Shown here: one piece after another, positions 40,001-53,300 of the stretch
How positions within the stretch are numbered: the first letter of the stretch is position 1
How the letters are laid out: every line of letters begins with the position of its first letter
Source of the DNA: Rotaria socialis
Taxonomy: Eukaryota
Direction of reading: 5' to 3'
DNA: 64,000 nucleotides
Assembly (NCBI GenBank): GCA_905331295.1
Contig: CAJNYD010000012.1
Span: 62,001 to 126,000 of the forward strand
Position numbers and translations under genes: made by a program
The notes under the pieces: generated by a model
The model's database searches: none
What the model was told of the DNA's origin: nothing
Seen by the model: only the letters and a program-made list of their open reading frames with translations

Positions 40001-40481
40001 TGCAGGTAAAATTCGTGGATAAGTTTCAGATGTTGAAAATTAATTAATATGTTTTTTTATATTATAGATTCACTCATATTAGGATTTTAAGTAAACTTGA
40101 TTCGGGGAAATAAGACAATTTTTTTTAGGTTTTTTATTGATTCCTCGAAAGATGCAATGTCGGGGTAAGTTTGATGTTATGAAGTCTCATAAATTGGTTT
40201 AATTTTTTGTTTTCTAAGTTGATCTATATGTGGAATTTTAGGTAAGCTTGACCTTATGAATTTATTAAATTTGTTAATATTGTTATTGTAGGTTGATGTG
40301 TGGATGCGGTTTTTTGGTAAGTTTCACCTTTTGAAACTTCATCATTTTTTTAATTGCAGGTTGATTCAAGTGAGGAAATAAAGGGGTAAGTTTAAAATTT
40401 TGAAATGCTTGTACTTATTTTTTTCTATTTCTATTTTATAGATTGTTTCAACTATGAAGATCATCGTTTGGTTTCATTTAA

Positions 40482-40722
40482 TCTTCGAGTGCCGACCGCG
40501 GTAAGCATACCATTTCCAGTGTTTCTCAAAACCCAAGAATGACATATATTCAAATCAATCAAAAGGAAATGAACATAGTCTATAGAGTAACCGTTTACAT
40601 GGATATAAGAAAATTGCTCTATAGACGGTGTCCACTTACGTTTGATTGATTTGAATATGTAGCGTGCTTGGATTTTGAAGAATACTGGAAACGGTATGCG
40701 TACCGCGGTCGGCACCCGAAGA
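40482..40722. mobile_element. Hairpin MITE flanked by TTAA (piggyBac/Kolobok-like target)
   Basis: TTAA|TCTTCGAGTGCCGACCGCGGTAAGCATACC ... GGTATGCGTACCGCGGTCGGCACCCGAAGA|TTAA; arms pair over ~105 bp. Confidence 0.85.
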
Positions 40723-41031
40723 TTAAATGAAATTTGGCGGAGCGGACAATTAGAAGAAGGTTTCGAGCAAATCAGTTTGTACGAAACCATTTTTGAATTA
40801 CTTTTGAATGGTTTTGTACGAAACCTTTTTTCTGAATTGCTTTGGATAGGTTTTGTACGAAACCATTGCTACGGAACCTTTTTTTAAATTGTTTTGAAGA
40901 GGTTTTATGCGAAACCTTTTTAGGTTCGGTAGAAAAACTTTTTTTTAGAGCGTGGTTGGCGCGTACTACTAAAGTATTATGTTCGAACCATGGCACTATC
41001 GGGCATAAAATAATCTTGGATAACTCACTGA

Positions 41032-41204
41032 TAGGGGTGGCACTTTATCTTCGTTTTACTTTGAAAAAGTAACGTAAAGTAAAATTAGAAAAAAAAATTT
41101 TCATGGATAGATAAAAAAACCAAACCTTTGCAACCTTAGTTTTTCTTGTAAAGTAAAAAATACTCTAATTTACCGAATAAAGTAAAGATAAAGTGACATC
41201 TCTA
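41032..41204. mobile_element. hAT-type MITE (173 bp)
   Basis: TAGGGGTGGCACTTTATCTT / AAGATAAAGTGACATCTCTA; 8-bp TSD CTCACTGA / CTCACTAA (1 mismatch); AAAGTA repeats. Confidence 0.85.
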
Positions 41205-42419
41205 CTCACTAAGGGCTGTTTCCCTCGGGTTACCCGTACGATAGCATACTGTCTACGTTGTGAAACACAACGACTCTTGCGTTTAGTATGTGGTTAGTCA
41301 ATGTGAATTAGATGCTCAAGCAATTCAGTGGAAAAAAATTCAGCCAGACCGGCCTTCCATCCAAAGTTAGAACTAGTCGTATAATGGATTTTACAGCTTT
41401 CTCAGGAATTTGATTATACTGCTGGATAATAGATATAGAATATATAGTGTTTAGAGGTGGATAAGGATGTTAGAGCCGAGGAAGGGCAGGCGTAGGCACC
41501 CAAGTACAGGTGGTATAGAAGATATAGGAACTGTAAGTAAGTTTCAATACATTCACAATAAGATTCGCTTTCTCATCCCCACTCCTTTTGGAACTTTCTT
41601 CCCTGCACCCACACTATAAAAATATCGTAGAATACTAAACCCTACCAAAAGAGTATATGAGAGTTCTAAACCCTTAACCGTATATTGATTAACCCTTTTA
41701 TCGTTTATTATCAGCTTCCTGAACCCTTTAGGGGTTTATTAGGCCTCCTAAACCCTAAAAAAGGGTTTATTACACGCTGCACTTTCCTAAACCCTTAAGC
41801 CCCCCCCCTTCAAAAATCGATTCCAATAATGGAACATGGTATAATGCTGTAATTTAGTACGGATGTTAGTGTCAGTGAGTCATGTGAGTAAAAAAAATTT
41901 CAGCCTTCTATCTCTTTGTTTAGAGTAGCTATGATGATTTCAATATGCGCATAAAGCTTATTTTAGGGATTCTCATACCCTCAAGGAAATTCTGTCAAAG
42001 CAATGTCAAAATTCAATTCAATTTTTTTTATTTTGCACAAAATACTTAGGGCTAGAGGCTCTCGTGGCTCTTTTTTACGAATTTCTTTCTTCTTCTATTT
42101 TTAAGTTTACATGCAGTTGAAAGATTTCTAGAAATCAAAAAAAAACCTAAATTTATTTGAAGTAAAGCATTTTTTCCTTCATCTAGTCTTTTTGAAAAAA
42201 TGGCCACGAGGGGCCCTAGCTGGAAGTGTCAGCTGTAAAACAAAAAAAACATCTGGCGTTATCTCTTGATTAGCTAGAAAACTTTAGGAAATATTTCGTG
42301 AAACCCCTATTTTGAGAAACTTAAAAACAATCTACTGATACATTTTCTGAGCAACAATAAACCTTTAAATGATATAGACTTAGACACATCATGTATTATT
42401 TATAAAATGAGAAAGTTCA

Positions 42420-42664
42420 TTTCTGATTGGTCAACTGTTGACTAATGAAGCGTCGGCCAAAGAAATGGGTTTCGGATTCGAATTCAGGGTCCTTAATAAC
42501 CTATGGCAAAGTTCGACCAAAACGACCAAAAGTCTTACAATGGGAAGGCTCGTTTCTGATTGGTCAGCTCCTGGCCAATGTAAGCTCGGCCGAAGAAGTG
42601 GGCTTTGGATTCAAGACCCTCGATAACCTATGACAGAGTTCGACAAAAACGGCCAAAAGTCTTA
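42420..42664. repeat. 133-bp diverged tandem duplication inside a repeat element
   Basis: TTTCTGATTGGTCA...TCGGCC.AAGAA.TGGG...ATAACCTATG.CA.AGTTCGAC.AAAACG.CCAAAAGTCTTA at 42420 and 42553. Confidence 0.8.
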
Positions 42665-44299
42665 AAATAAGATAACTTCTTATAAATGTTTTTTTGACCC
42701 CAATCAAGCAAGATCACAAACGCATTTAGTTTTTTTCATATGATCCTCCTTACAGTCGAGGGAAAAACTACTTGTAAAAGTTAATTAAACGATCAATGAT
42801 GCTTTGCGTAATGTTAGATATGGCGCCATCTATATCTCCATTCGGCATTTCATCAATGTACAAAAAAATTTGCAACACTATTTCGTTCGGTTCAGTGAAG
42901 ATTGACTACCAGAATTGTATTTACGAGTGAGCCAAATAAGATATTTTAGTGAAAAATGTTTTCCGTCTCAAAAAATGCCTGGACTCCTCCCCATCAGCTA
43001 TTTTTAACTATTTCGCCCTGCGGCCCCCTCAGGCTAGTTTTTCGATGGAAAGTATTTTCACTAAAATAAATGTTATTCGACTCAATTCTTTATGCTGATT
43101 CTGAATATCATATGCATTTAGCTCGTAAACAAAATTCTGATAGTCAAATTTGTGAAATACAACTCGAATCCGTAGCATTTTCCCAAGAATTTTCGTCTAA
43201 TAAAAAATTTTATTCTGCCCAATATGAGCAGAATTTTATGGGACATCTTTCTGTACCAACATTTTTCTAGTTGTAATAGCCTAAATTTCTGAAATTCCAG
43301 CAAAATCTGAAAAAAGTAATTTATAGTAATAAAATTGCACTAAGATGGAAGAATCGCTTTTTCTCTGTGAGTAATCATTCAATCATAGAAAAAATTTCCG
43401 GGTAAATGGAACTCTGTTTGCTCTATCGAATTACATTAATATCGCATGAGAGATTGCGGGTGTAGGTGTGGGTCCTCTCTTTACTATCTTGATGGCTGTG
43501 GGTGTGCGTGTGGGTCTGAGTTCCTTCTTTACCAACACCCACAATCACACCCCACACCCCACACCCTTTTTTGTGTTGTATCTTTATCATCGGCAACTGG
43601 CAAAAAATATAACTTATTTGATCAAAACGATCTGTTTTCACCATTTTTTTCGACTACTGTTTGTCCTCTGTTAAAGCCATAGTTTTGAATAGAAACGAAA
43701 GACGTGAGTTATTGTTTTTCTTCGCCTTTCATCGGTTTAGAAATGCGACGAAGAGGATGCTGACTATTTTTTTTTCGTTTTTTTACGTGTGTGTTGGCGT
43801 TATTGCTTCCTACGACTAGTATTATTCGTTGAAAAAAGAGCAAATGACATTTTCCCCTTTGTGTATAATTCGATTTTATTATCATCAGAAAATGAAGACA
43901 ACATTCAGGCCATTCATAAGTCATTTGTTTTTTTTATCAATAAGTCGTGTGTTGAAATTTTTAAAAAAGTGAACACACTTTCTTGTCATTGAATACATGG
44001 TGAATTCATCGTGCCATTTCTTATGCATTAAAAGAAGAAGTTTTTGGTGAGAAAAGTAAAGATATAACACAATCTGATTAATTAAGGAAAATCACATTGT
44101 GCAGTATTGATTTTTCGTCATTGAGTTTTCAGCCCTCCGACCCTATTTACAGAAGATTTAAAGAAACATTACAGTTGGGAATTTTTTGTTTCGAAAGGAC
44201 CTTGATTACAATATTTGCATCATATATATTCTTTGTTATATTCAGATATTTGTTTTTAACTTCGGCAATCGCTTGTGTTACGCACCAACCGAAATCACT

Positions 44300-46548
44300 A
44301 TGTCTGTTGAGTCAAATTTCGATCAGGACATGGTCGATGAACAATCAACAATCGACAAGAGCGCTAATGCAGTCTATTATGTAAGGTTTCTATAAATTCA
44401 ACTTTCTTTGTGATATATGAAGTATTCGTTAGGGAACATCATTGGCTGATATTCCAAATATCATCCGAACACCTCCCATTCTATCAGATATGCAAGATAT
44501 TCATGATCCTGACCACGTATTTTTGATCAAAGTAGGACATTGACTAAGACCCAATATCGAATACACATGAACATAGTTTTCTTTTCAAATAGCCATTCAA
44601 ATATGATCCATCGAATCCCGATCGTGAACCGGAGCCAATTCATGGAATGGAGAAATATATGGATGCATGGGATGACGATCATGTTCGTTTACCATGTTCA
44701 TTAGGGAATGTAACAGTGAGTTTAAATAGCAGTATCGCTAAATATACGTGACACAAATTTATTTGTAGAGGGATGGAAGGCATATATGGCCAATTATTCA
44801 AAAAGCGTTGGCACAACTTAAGCAGAAATGTGATGAAAAAACAGTGACCGTCCACGATATTAAAGTGATATACTATTGCTTTTGCTCTCGTTTACACACA
44901 AATATTAGTATTTAGACAACAATACAAGAGAGCAATGGAATGAATTTCGAAATACGCTGTCTAAAACAGTTAATTAATCAAGTAATATTACTTAGACAAT
45001 GGCTCACATTCTACCAATGTTATTATCACTATTAGGTATTTTCTGCTGAAGAACGAGCGATCTTTCTATATACTATTCTTTCGAAAATGATTTCTCTTGC
45101 TCTCAATGTTGGCACTATCTGTGGCCAGGTTTTATAAGAATTTTTTTTTCTTTTGTTTTATTATAACTTATGCGTGTTATTTTCCAGCCACCTCGATTGT
45201 TACGACAGGAATCTAATCGTTCTGTCACTATGTCTCAACGGCAGGCTAGTTCCTTATTAGCTTGTGGGTTTTTCTGTCTTTTTCCTGAGCCACATAACAG
45301 ACATTCAACCTATCAGAGTTTGAATTTTACACAGTAAGAACTCGTATAGAAGCTTTTATACCGGGAAGATTTTCTTCTCTTGTGCTCTGTTTGTAGTCTT
45401 CTGAAAAGTGGAGCACCATGGAAAATTGAAAAACTCAAATGTATTTTACATTATTTTCGACGCATTAGTGAAGATAGTACGTGAAGATGACTATTTTTTT
45501 TGTATATCATTTTGATCATAACTTACTGATATTATACAATTAGTGCCAAAAGGTGTTCTCACTTTTCGACGCTTCAGTTTTCTCAAAAATTCGGATCCGA
45601 AATGGATTGAATCTCAAGTACCACTTAGCAACATTCACATGATTGCAAATGCAACTATCGAAGATCAACATGGTTTTTTACAAGTTGACTTTGCGAATGA
45701 ATACATTGTATGTATAAAAAAAAAAGAAAACACGGCATTGCCCATATCGATTTGTTGAATAACTACAAAACAATTTCCTAGGGTGGTGGTGTGATGAATG
45801 AAGGCATTGTTCAAGAAGAAATACGTTTTACCATTTGCACTGAAATGCTTGTTAGTGTGCTGTTTTGCGAAGTCATGCTACCCAATGAATGCATCTATTT
45901 GATCGGTTGTGAGCAATTTGCTACTTACAGTGGCTACGCAGATACATTCAAAGCCAAAGCAACGTTTATCGATAAAACACCGAAGTAAATTACAGAAGAA
46001 TTTTGTTTCTTTATCAATCATAATGATATAATTGTAATTGTCGATTCAGAGATAGCTGGGGTCGAAAATTATCTCAGGTCGTAGCTATGGATGCAATTTA
46101 CTTTCGAAATCCAATAGATCAATATACTATTAGTTGTATGAATCGAGAACTCTTCAAAGCATACGCAAGTTTTCATTTGCCGAAATCAATGAATAACTTT
46201 GCGTTCGGCATCGCCACTGGCAACTGGGGTTGTGGTGCATTCAATGGCGATAGACATCTCAAAGGTATGAACTATGAATAGAATATGAGAAAATTATACG
46301 ATTTGTTTCGACTAGCAATCATACAATTAATGGCTGCTTCTGAAGCCCGCCGCCCACTTATCTATTGCTCGTTCCACGACAAACACTTAATCGAATCGTT
46401 TTGGGCGATATACGAGTATTTACAAGAACAAAAAGCAACTGTTGGCGATCTTTATCTTTATCTCAACCAATATTCAATGCAGCACGCTCAATCGACATTA
46501 TTTGAATTTATTTTTAGTACGCCCGTATCGTCATTGAAGAAAAGCTAA
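44300..46548 (+). CDS. PARG: Poly(ADP-ribose) glycohydrolase, multi-exon
   Basis: WDDDHVRLPCS; LQVDFANEYI|GGGVMNEGIVQEEIRF (intact GGG-x6-QEE); IGCEQFATYSGYADTF; VAMDAIYF; RELFKAY; IATGNWGCGAFNGD; IIQLMAAS. Confidence 0.93.
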
Positions 46549-47370
46549 TAATTATTTGATTTGAATGAAAATATCAAACTGATTCTATTTCATTGAATAC
46601 TGTCGCTTGATGACTTCCATATGTTCTATTGATTAAGAATACATCTATTTCAAGGTTCTATTAGCATTGTAAAACTCCTAAACATGTCGAACATAGATTC
46701 AGATAGGAAATCCAATTGTGGCCTTTTCTTTTCATTCTGAAACAAGTTACGATAATATGCAATTTCTAACTGACGTTCATTATTTGCTCAGTTGTTTCCC
46801 GAGTATATAGTGCCGTAGTATAAAATTCATCAGTTGTTCATGCCGATCCTTAACTCGATATAAATTATTTTTTTTATATTTCACTGATCAGTTAACGTAA
46901 TAAATAATAGGTTCGATTTCGTGGAGATGACGCTCGTAATCACACTCTCAACACGCGTTAGACTATTATTTACATAATTAGTTTCTTTTTTGTTTAACAT
47001 CTCCTTTTTATATTAAAAGAAATAGCGGATAATATATTAATTTGATTTGATTTGATTTATTCAATCAGTTATTCTATCCGATTTATTAATTATCTTGCAC
47101 AAAAATAAATAGAAAAGAAAATCGCAACATTAACTGTAATATGTATAATACACTGCAGAAAGAATTAGAAATAAAATGAGACTCATTCATAGACGAACTA
47201 CGTCTCAATATGAATCAGGAAAAAGGAATTTTTTCTTAACGTACGAAACACAAAATAGCGCGCAGCTGTTCAATAATTAAATTTAAAAAAAAGACGAAGA
47301 TATTGTCCCCTTTAATAATAAACGAAAGACCGGTAAAATGAATCGATTTTAACAATAGAATTTCTGTTTC

Positions 47371-50300
47371 TCAAGCTGTTTGAATATAATTAGCCGGTAC
47401 ATAGCCACGCTGTCTTGTATCATTCACTTTTTCTACATACCACCAATCATCATTACCGCCATCATCAATACGACGTAAAATTCTTAATCGATCACCAACA
47501 AGTAAAGAAAGAACACCTTCACTTGTTGATTGAAAATCATACATTGCCATATAGATCTAAATAGGAAATTTTAGAAGAATGTTGTGGTTTTATGATATTC
47601 ATACTCGTTCCTCTTCGTTTGATCCGGACGTAATTGAATCATCAAGATCGATTGAAGCATAGTGATGACATTCATGTATTTGATTTAAATAAATACGTTC
47701 ATTTTCGGAGTCATTGGAGGAATTTATTAGCGTGGGCTGTGGTTCTGTGTTAGCTCGTCTTAGTACAGGTTTCGAATTTACATGGTGAGATTGATCATAA
47801 TTAAATGCTGGGTTCGTATGATGAGATGATCGTGTTGGTATTCCTATATCATGACGAAGAGGAGTTGGTGGCGTATGAGATATAAGACCGGATCGATCGT
47901 CGGATGATAGAGAAATAAGTAGCGAACGAGGTAATGAACCACGAGTGACTAAAGAAGAAAAATATCGATAGAGATTGAAAGAAAAGGAGAAATAAAATTT
48001 TCCTACTTCCATTATCGACAAACCAATTTGAATCTTTCGCATTCACTTCATTGGAATTAACGACAGCAACAAGATCACCCTATTGAAATGAATGAAATTC
48101 TTTTGTTATTTACTAGTACTCCTCTCTCATCATAAGTTAGAAAAATAATGAAAGTTTTCTTTCTCATAAACATTTAACAATCTACTAAAATTAGATCGAG
48201 ATATGGTTCTCCCGTAAATTGTATTTAGACGTTAACTTTCGATACAAAACCTGTTCTCACTTGACTACATCACATATAACAAGAAATATCTTGGTCTACG
48301 AATTCCATTATATGAATTAGTCATTGATTTTGAATAAAGTAGAAAATACTATTCATGTATTAATCCTGCGGATTTCTTTCAGACGAATACACTTTCTGTT
48401 TTGAGTATCCAATATACAAAACAGAGTTCACCAATCGTGGCAGTGTCACAAGGCCAATAAATTCAATTATTCTACGCATGATATTTTGTTATGCAGTCAA
48501 CCGAAATTTCATCTGTCTTGCAGTTCACGAAACAATTACACGATAGTTTACGGCAGAGTACACGACTAGTTAACTCAATATAATGGTTTACGTCAAAAAT
48601 CAAACTTACACTTCGAACAACTATATCCATTGCTCGATTATTTGTTGAACTTCCATAATTTCTAATAACTGTATAAAGATCTTTTTCCGGATAACGACTC
48701 CTTAGTAAACGTCTGATTTCATCTGTTTGTATGTTTGAATCCTATTGATTAAATAAATCAGTACAATAAATAAGTCAAATTCAGATTTAGCAAACCTTAT
48801 TACTATTATAAACGCTACTGATCGAAGACATTCGAGTAAATGATAAATTTTTTAATTTATCCGAAAAATTTTTTGCTGTTATTGTCAATTGAAATATTTG
48901 TTCAGCTGCTGAACTATTTTTCGATGTAAATCTTTCAACTATTTGTAACCAACTTAATTGTCCTGAACTAGCTGGTGATGTTGTCTAGACAAATACAATA
49001 AACAAATAAACAGTAGCACATGTTTTTGTCACGAAATGTAAATATCCTTACTTGATTAAGTACATGTTGAATATTTGTTTTCATATGTTGCATTAAACGA
49101 AGATGTCCGGTGATGAATGCTTTCAAACATAAAGCTAATATTTCGCAACTACGTTCATATAAAATAGGTAATTCTTCTAATAATTGACTGTTCAATGCTT
49201 CATAGGTTTTCTTAGCAAGATCAAGTACTTGTTTAGCCTAGAATATTAAAAAAATCCAAGTTGAGAATAACGATAGAAAACAAGCAGCGGTTCGAATTTA
49301 ATACTTGTCTTGACTGTTGATCTTTCGCTTTTTCATAAGCAGATTGTGCACTGTCATAATCTAATAGTTTATCATGACGTTTACCGATTAAATTCGATGG
49401 TAAAACAAATAATTTTATTAATGTATTTATTGGATTGGCAACACATGATTCCATATGATTACACTAACGGATAAAGATTAAAACAAAATAAAAACTAATA
49501 ATTTTAATCAATACGTACAAATTCGGTAAAAGCATTCTCCAGTAATGTACGCTTCGATTGCACAAATTGTTGAGCTAAATCAGGTATTTTATCCGATAAT
49601 AATTCTTCAAAATCTTCAGCAACATTAACTTCTGTGACAAAAGTTTCCTAGAAAAAAAAACGGCAGACGAATTAGTTCATATTTGAATATATCAAACTAG
49701 TTAAAGATCAATGAAAATATCACAAAAGATTTTGATTAATCTAAGAGTAGCTCGTAAATCTTAATAAACTTTTTAAGATCTACACTTTGATCTAGACTGA
49801 AGGTTTCTATTGTTTGAATGGCATATCACAAATAAACACTACTTAACATAATATTCTCGATCGGATATCCACGATTCTGAAGCAATTAAGTTTTGTTTGC
49901 TACTGAAGTAGTTTTCAGAATTAAGAATAACCTATTAACCCATGTTACAAAAGGAAAATTTCCAGTATTCGATAATACTTAAGAGCTTTGAGCCTTTTAA
50001 TTCAAAGATAGATTGTGTCTAGTAAACATTTTGTTCTTGCAATGAGAAATATTTCTGAAACATTTATTTTGCAAAATGATTCTATTCATTTTGAGTTTAT
50101 TTTACTACCTTAAAACAGCTGCATCTGTTCTATCCACCAGGAAATGATTTTAAAACACAGAATTTCAAAAATAACGAAAAATACTCAGAGTTTTGACATA
50201 TTGAAAACGAAAAGATCACTTTCCTCGTAAGTGACTGACAAGTTCAATTTGACACTCTTTGTTCTCTATCGATTTAAGTTATATAATAAAAATTTTCTGC

Positions 50301-53300
50301 TAGTAGATCAATTTACCTTTAGTGCTTCCATACAAGTATAAGCATTGCGAACAAATAATCTTAGAAATTTATCAATAGCACGAAATCGTTGTTCTTCAAA
50401 GTTGAACCGTTCATCGATTGTATGTGCAGATAAACCAAATGCACTTGATAAACGCATACTGATTCGAGCAGATTTTTTTCTCATTGTATGCATATTTAAT
50501 TTATATAATTTATTTGTTAGTGCTTCGTCTTTTTCTCGCCGTTGATATTTTGAAACTAAACGAGAACAACGTGATAACTCTTGTTCTTGTACTATGCAAT
50601 TAGCTGATGATAATCTCGGTAATGGTAACATCGAAGTAGCTCGTCGGAATGTAGTGACATGATATGGTTCCATATTATCATCAGTTACATGAGTGTTACG
50701 TCTACTTTGTACAAGTATAAAACGTGTGCGTTTCGCCAAGGCCATTAAAGTGTTTGTGACGACAAAACAAAATTTATGCAGGGTATGAGCCGATCAAATC
50801 GAATATACATGCGATGTTGATCGTATGTATGTAGGCGATTATGCAAAAATGTTTGTACATTTCTCTCTCTTTTTGTTATCATTCCTATTCTTGTCGATTG
50901 AAAGCTCTTTCTCTTTCTTTCGTTCTTTTTTTTCTCGTTTCGTTTGTCCCTGGCTCTTTTCCTCTTTGGCTGTTCACAAGGACATCTTACTGCTCAAAAC
51001 AAACATAATATGAATGTGCTTGAACAAACACATATACACACATACACACACACACACACAAATGCACATACCAATTTCTTTCCGCCGTTTGTGTTCATTG
51101 ATAAAATTGACCATCGATATTAAATTTGAAATGGCTTCTTTTAGCTGCATATAATCGATATGATCACTACCAGTATTCTACCGTGAAATAAGATACAGGG
51201 AAAAAAGACGAGATTAATTTTCGTTTTTTTAATTAAAAAAACAAGATGAAGAAATACTTTGAATAATTCATTTAATATAAGCGGATATCGAACAATACGT
51301 TGAATTGGACGTAATAGAAGAGCAGAGACATCAAAAACACTTGGCTTTTGAAGACGAAGTTTACATAGACCATCTTGAAGATATTTTTGAAGTTTTTCAT
51401 CGTTTCCATACTGAACAAAAAAGAATGATGTCGCTTCGTCCATTTGAAATGACTGAAAATCTCACTTTACGCAAATATTCATGCACCCATTCGTGATTTC
51501 TACAATATTCCGCATAAGTATGCTTCAACTGATCTATTAATCCATTAAATACTAGGCCAATACAGCAATGTGCATCATCGTTCTGTTGACTTTTTGAACA
51601 TTCAAATTCAAGTAGATTAAGAAGACGATGTGATACATCATTTATATCGTTTATATTACCAAACAGGAGTTTTTTATTGATACTATCCGGCTAAGAATTC
51701 GAATAGAAAAACTGATTTTTTAAATTAAAAATAAATCTTACACATGAAATTGCATTTGAACCAAGAAATGTTTCATGTAGTAACTCAAGATCACGAAGAT
51801 AATCTCGTTCGGTTGATAATAATTCACTAATGGCGTGTTGTCGACGACGTTGAACAATACTACAAGTAAGAGTCAATAAAATCAAACCCTCAATAAGATT
51901 TTGTTTCTCTGAATAAAATTAACATAGAATAGAAACGATACAAAATTTCCTTCAAATGAATTATGAAAACTGTATGTGAGAGATAACTTATTCTTGATGT
52001 AAAACTTTATCTATTCATTTTTCAGATCGTATCATTGTTTGTATCCTAAAATACAGCTATGGTATTTTACATCGTATATCTAAACTGGCAACTTGAATGT
52101 ACTTATTTCAGGATAGAAGCAAATCACTAAACACAGGAATTTTATTAAGATTTATCTTGATGCCTAATCTCAAGTTGAAAACCAATAGATGAGTATCAAT
52201 GTAGGGATATAACTGCGTAGAATGAGTTTGCATGTATTATCCTGAAAATCATTGAATCTTTTCATCATCGTTTTACATCCTACTCAAAAATCTTTTTATT
52301 TACTTTATATCAGTTTTATCAACTTGTTCATCAATCAGTAATTGATCTAGAAATGAATGAACCAAAAAAAAATATGTATAATAATGTAAACAACTTTTTC
52401 TATTCTCACTATGTAGATTTTGCAATTCAATATCGAAGAAATCTGTTTTTGTTGATGATGTTTCTGTATCACAACTATCACGTGTTGATATTGTTTCTTC
52501 ATGGTTTGAATTCTTATCAAATGGATTGGATAGTTGTCGATATATTATCTATTCGAAATATAATTCAAGGTTATTATGTAAACATATGATAGAAATTAAT
52601 TCACTTGCCTGCTGTTGTTCAGTTTTAATTTGAATCGGTGGCTTTGGTGCTGGCCGTGTCGGACCTCTCAATGGTGGCATTGAAGGAATTGTCGGAACGA
52701 ATAATGGTGGTGGTACCGGTGGAGGAGAAGGTGGTGGCAACTGTGGTCGTAGAGAAAGACGCGGTTTAACGGGCGGCGGTTCATCAAAAGATGAAAGTGA
52801 CGATGTTGTTGATGGTGTATGACACACATTTGAGAGATTTTTATTTGATGTAAAAATAAATTGATTATTAGCTGAAAATTGATTTAACGGTAGTGATGTA
52901 TAAAATGCTTGAACATCGAGAGTATTGTTATTGTTATTTGAATTTATATAATTTGACGTAAATGAATATGGATATTGTGGAGAATAAGTTATTTGCGAAG
53001 AATTATAAATAGTTGGCAGAGGAGGCGGTGGCGAAGATATCAATTGAGCTAAACAAAGAAAAATAAAAGGGTAATGTTGTTATTAGGTATGCATTTCGTC
53101 GTTGAGTATAATGAAAAAATAACTGAGAATGTTTACATACATGGATGCCATGTATGAGCATAAAAAGGATATGTCGATATCGGATAATAACGGCAGCAAT
53201 AACAAGAATCCATAAAAGTGTTCATTTTTTTAAGAGTCGTAGTTTTTACTTCTGATGTTCATTGTCAATTGTATGTATATATATATATGTATGCTTCTAT

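Noticed and set aside
41260..41560. Possible further solo LTR (TGTGAAT...ATTCACA)
   Set aside because: The ends are plausible but no matching TSD was found; left unresolved.
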